Below are positions 61,012-64,000 of a stretch of DNA of 64,000 bases, piece after piece (the stretch's first letter is position 1; every line of letters starts with the position of its first letter). The DNA lies in assembly GCF_006345805.1 (NCBI RefSeq), contig NC_043026.1, forward strand, positions 13,619,579-13,683,578, read 5' to 3'. The notes under the pieces are model-generated. The model was not told where the DNA came from. It ran no database searches and saw only the letters and a program-made list of their open reading frames with translations. This DNA is from Octopus sinensis. Taxonomy: Eukaryota. The translations under genes were made by a program, and so were the position numbers.

Positions 61012-61372
61012 GAGCTAGCAGAAACGTTAGCCGTATTTCGTCTGCTGTTACGTTCTGAGTTCAAATTCCGCCGAGGTCGACTGAGCCTTTCATCCTTTCG
61101 GGGTCGATAAATTAAGTACCAGTTACATACTGGGGTCGATATAATCGACTTAATCCCTTTGTCTGTCCTTGTTTGTCCCCTCTGTGTTTATCCCCTTGTG
61201 GGTAGTAAAGAAATAGGTATTTTGTCTGCCGTTACATTCTGAGTTCAAATTCCGCCGAGGTCGACTTTGCCTTTCATCCTTTCAGGGTCAATAAATTAAG
61301 TACCAGTTATGCACTGGGGTCGATATAATTGACTTAATCCCTTTGTCCCCTCTGTGGGTAGTAAAGAAATAG
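61012..61372 (+). mobile_element. SINE family B dimer
   Basis: Family match with the same junction. Confidence 0.85.
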
Positions 61373-61387
61373 GCATATATATATGTG

Positions 61388-61722
61388 AAGGTACATGGCT
61401 CAGTGGTTAGAGCGTTGTGCTTACAATCGTGAGTTTGCGAGTTCGAATCCCTGATCGGGCTGCATGTTGTGTTCTTGAGCAAGACACTTTAATTCACGTT
61501 GCTCCAGTTTACTCAGATGTAGAAGTGAGTTGCGACGACACAGGTGTCAAGCTGTATCGGCCCCTTTGCCTTTCCTTTGGATAACACTGGGGCCATGGAG
61601 AGGGCAGGCTGGTATGTATGGGCGACTGCTGGTCTTCCATAAACAACCTTGCCCGGACTTGTGCCTGGGAGGGTAACTTTCTAGGTGCAATCCCATGGTC
61701 AGTCATGACCGAAGGGGGTCTC
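61388..61722 (+). mobile_element. tRNA-derived CORE-like SINE ending catgaccgaagggggtctc
   Basis: ggtacatggctcagtggttagagcg...gagttcgaatccc head; gtgttcttgagcaagacactt core. Confidence 0.75.
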
Positions 61723-61799
61723 AGTATATATATACAGGGTGCTTAAGGTATTTGAGGACAGTTATATATGTACACAAAAATGACTCTTAGAAACACTCG

Positions 61800-62092
61800 A
61801 GCGTGGCAGTTACTAGCGTCGCCTGATTGGCGTCTGTGTCGGTGACACGTAAAAGCACCAACAGATCGTGGCCGTTTGTCAGCCTCCCCTGGCACCTGTG
61901 CCGGTGGCACGTAAAAAGCACCCACTACACCCTTAGAGTGGTTGGCGTTAGGAAGGGCATCCAGCTGTAGAAACATTGCCAGATAAGACTGGAGCCTGGT
62001 GCAGCCTCCATGGCTTACCAGACCCCGGTTGAACCGTCCAACACATGCTAGCATGGAAAGCAGATGTTAAACGATGATGATGATGATGATGA
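61800..62092 (+). mobile_element. (GAT)n-tailed retroposon copy
   Basis: Family match. Confidence 0.8.
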
Positions 62093-62137
62093 AACAGACA
62101 ATAATACCTTCTTACTGAAAAAAGTTTTGATTATCAA

Positions 62138-62530
62138 TAGGCGCAGGAGTGGCTGTGTGGTAAGTAGCTTGCTAACCAACCACATGGTTCCGGGTTCAGT
62201 CCCACTGCGTGGCATCTTGGGCAAGTGTCTTCTGCTATAGCCCCGGGCCGACCAATGCCTTGTGAGTGGATTTGGTAGACGGAAACTGAAAGAAGCCTGT
62301 CGTATATATGTATATGTATATATATGTTTGTGTGTCTGTGTTTGTCCCCCTAGCATTGCTTGACAACCGATGCTGGTGTGTTTACGTCCCCGTTACTTAG
62401 CGGTTCGGCAAAAGAGACCGATAGAATAAGTACTGGGCTTACAAAAGAATAAGTCCCAGGGTCGATTTGCTCGACTAAAGGCAGTGCTCTAGCATGGCCC
62501 CAGTCAAATGACTGAAACAAGTAAAACAAG
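62138..62530 (+). mobile_element. SINE family A copy
   Basis: Family match. Confidence 0.85.
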
Positions 62531-62544
62531 TAAAAAAAAACAAG

Positions 62545-63262
62545 CTTCAATAACGGCTTTTATGCGATGTCTGAATCCCCTGCATGCTAGGATCAAGGGA
62601 TCTGTGTTCATATTGGACCTTACTCTGACTATGGAGGCTTTTAGGGATCCTTTGGTGTTTTGAGGGTGCTCATTAATCTCTTTCTCAACTACACGCCCTA
62701 CATGGACAACGAAAAACCTCGCTGATGACAGTCAAGGCTGATCTGGAACCCAACCTAGGCCCCTACATGGACAACGAAAAACCTGGCTGATGACAGTCAA
62801 GGCTGATCTGGAACCCAACCTAGGCCCCCATATCTACGGCGTTCGCCGCTGGAATAAGGAGTCGTTGGAAATCACGTGGTCGTTAGCCTAAAATCGCCAG
62901 GCCTGGTCGGCGTTTGTGAGAGATGCAGCATTGAGGATGGATGAAGCCAGCTCAACCCACCCCGGGTGAATGTTGTAAGAAGAAGAAGAAGAAGACACGC
63001 CCTACATAGTAGTCCAGTGGGTTGAGATCTGGGGAGCTAGGAGGCCAAATGTTGGGGGTTATGTGGTCATGAAAGTTTTCCTGTAGTCTTGTGTGATGGT
63101 GCTGAGTTTTGTTGAAAAACATAAGGTCTTCCGTTGCATACATTGTCGATCCATGGCTTAACCACTGTATTCAGAACATCTATGTGGGCAGCAGAGTTTG
63201 CTTGGAAGACCTTGTGAAAAGAAGTGAAGAGGCATCACATGTCCTTCATTATTGACAGCCCC
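62545..63262 (-). mobile_element. mariner (maT/DD37D-like) transposase 3' fragment
   Basis: ENFHDHITPNIWPPSSPDLNPLDYYV, resuming after the RTE insert as GVVEKEINEHPQNTKGSLKASIVRV...RHRIKAVIEA. Confidence 0.88.
62704..62994 (+). mobile_element. 5'-truncated RTE-clade LINE 3' end with (AAG)n tail
   Basis: KTWLMTVKADLEPNLGPHIYGVRRW...AWSAFVRDAALRMDEASSTHPG*; 13-bp TSD acacgccctacat at 62691-62703 and 62995-63007. Confidence 0.85.
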
Positions 63263-63854
63263 TACAAAACCATGACAGTTTTTTTTTCTTAATTGTTATC
63301 CTTAAATTAATTTAACAATTAAGAAAAAAAAAACGAAAGGCTAAAACTCAAAACAAAAACAAAACGAATAATTTTAGACACACACGTAACAATTAAATTA
63401 ATTTAACAATTAAGAAAAAAAAAAAACGAAAGGCTAAAATTTAGGTTGAGGGTTAGGATTAGTGACAGGATGTCTCAGTTTTAGACGCAGCAAATGATTT
63501 TAGCTAAATAGATGCAATCGATTGGTTAAAATTCGAAAAATTAAACTACGTTAAACTTACAAATCACAATTTTCTCAAGAAAGCCAAGAGAAAAAAATGT
63601 TTTATTTTGACACATTCTACCAGTATACGAAGTTTAAAAGTGTTTAGTTAACTAGAAATTGTGTTGAAAACTGCCGTTCAAAAGGAGACAATTTCATACG
63701 ACACCGCTACGGAAAATGGGATTTTTCTCACGGTATCAAATGAAAATGTCACCCATAATTATGGCCCTAGTATCGATCTATTGCATTTCAATCTATTTTA
63801 GATTTAGGGTTAGGGGAAGGGTATCTTTTTTTTCTTCACAAATGTAAATAAATA

Positions 63855-64000
63855 GGTGCAGGAGTGGCTGTGTGGTAAGTAGCTTGCTAACCAACCACAT
63901 GGTTCCTGGTTCAGTCCCACTGCGTGGCATCTTGGGCAAGTGTCTTCTGCTATAGCCCCGGGCTGACCAATGCCTTGTGAGTGGATTTGGTAGAGGGAAA
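63855..64000 (+). mobile_element. SINE family A, truncated by the window end
   Basis: Head match. Confidence 0.8.

Noticed and set aside
62720-62800. CUGAUGA strings in the RTE fragment
   Set aside because: No downstream helix II/GAAA; they lie in RTE coding sequence (WLMTVK).
94-63143. Most ORFs in the supplied six-frame track
   Set aside because: They are translations of SINEs, satellites and (TA)n/(CA)n runs (HTYIYI, CVCV patterns) repeated many times. Only the HMGCS-overlapping, CR1, mariner and RTE frames resemble real proteins.
1-64000. A prokaryotic defence system or operon, or an autonomous Penelope/RT gene
   Set aside because: No long ORFs; the window has spliceosomal gene structure, and only short truncated LINE/mariner coding remnants are present.

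Overview
This is a very AT-rich, repeat-dense animal genomic window, not a prokaryotic one. The SINE families, microsatellites and intron sizes point to an octopus or other coleoid cephalopod (inference). The only confidently identifiable protein-coding gene is the 3' half of an HMG-CoA synthase on the + strand: five exons at 2365-2518, 8009-8179, 13794-14026, 19619-19770 and 22325-22351, with consistent splice phases. A probable second gene starts at a CpG-rich palindromic promoter near 41.7-42.4 kb. The rest is tRNA-derived SINEs, CR1 and RTE LINE 3' ends, mariner remnants, piggyBac-like and hAT MITEs, Helitrons and satellites. The most striking signal is a set of three unrelated inverted (foldback) elements at 2607-7361, 9101-11394 and 60071-60382. 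Their tandem units each fold into a minimal type I hammerhead ribozyme, and all three have the ribozyme-sense 3' ends pointing outward at both termini. This resembles Penelope-mobilised retrozymes. One family carries a rare G3-C8 swapped catalytic core, and two of the elements sit in HMG-CoA synthase introns. Also notable are a 5S rRNA + tRNA-SINE chimera inserted as one unit between 13-bp TSDs, and a 15-mer SINE array bounded by a single 15-bp TSD. All structures were folded by eye, no database searches were run, and repeat boundaries are approximate unless a TSD is given.
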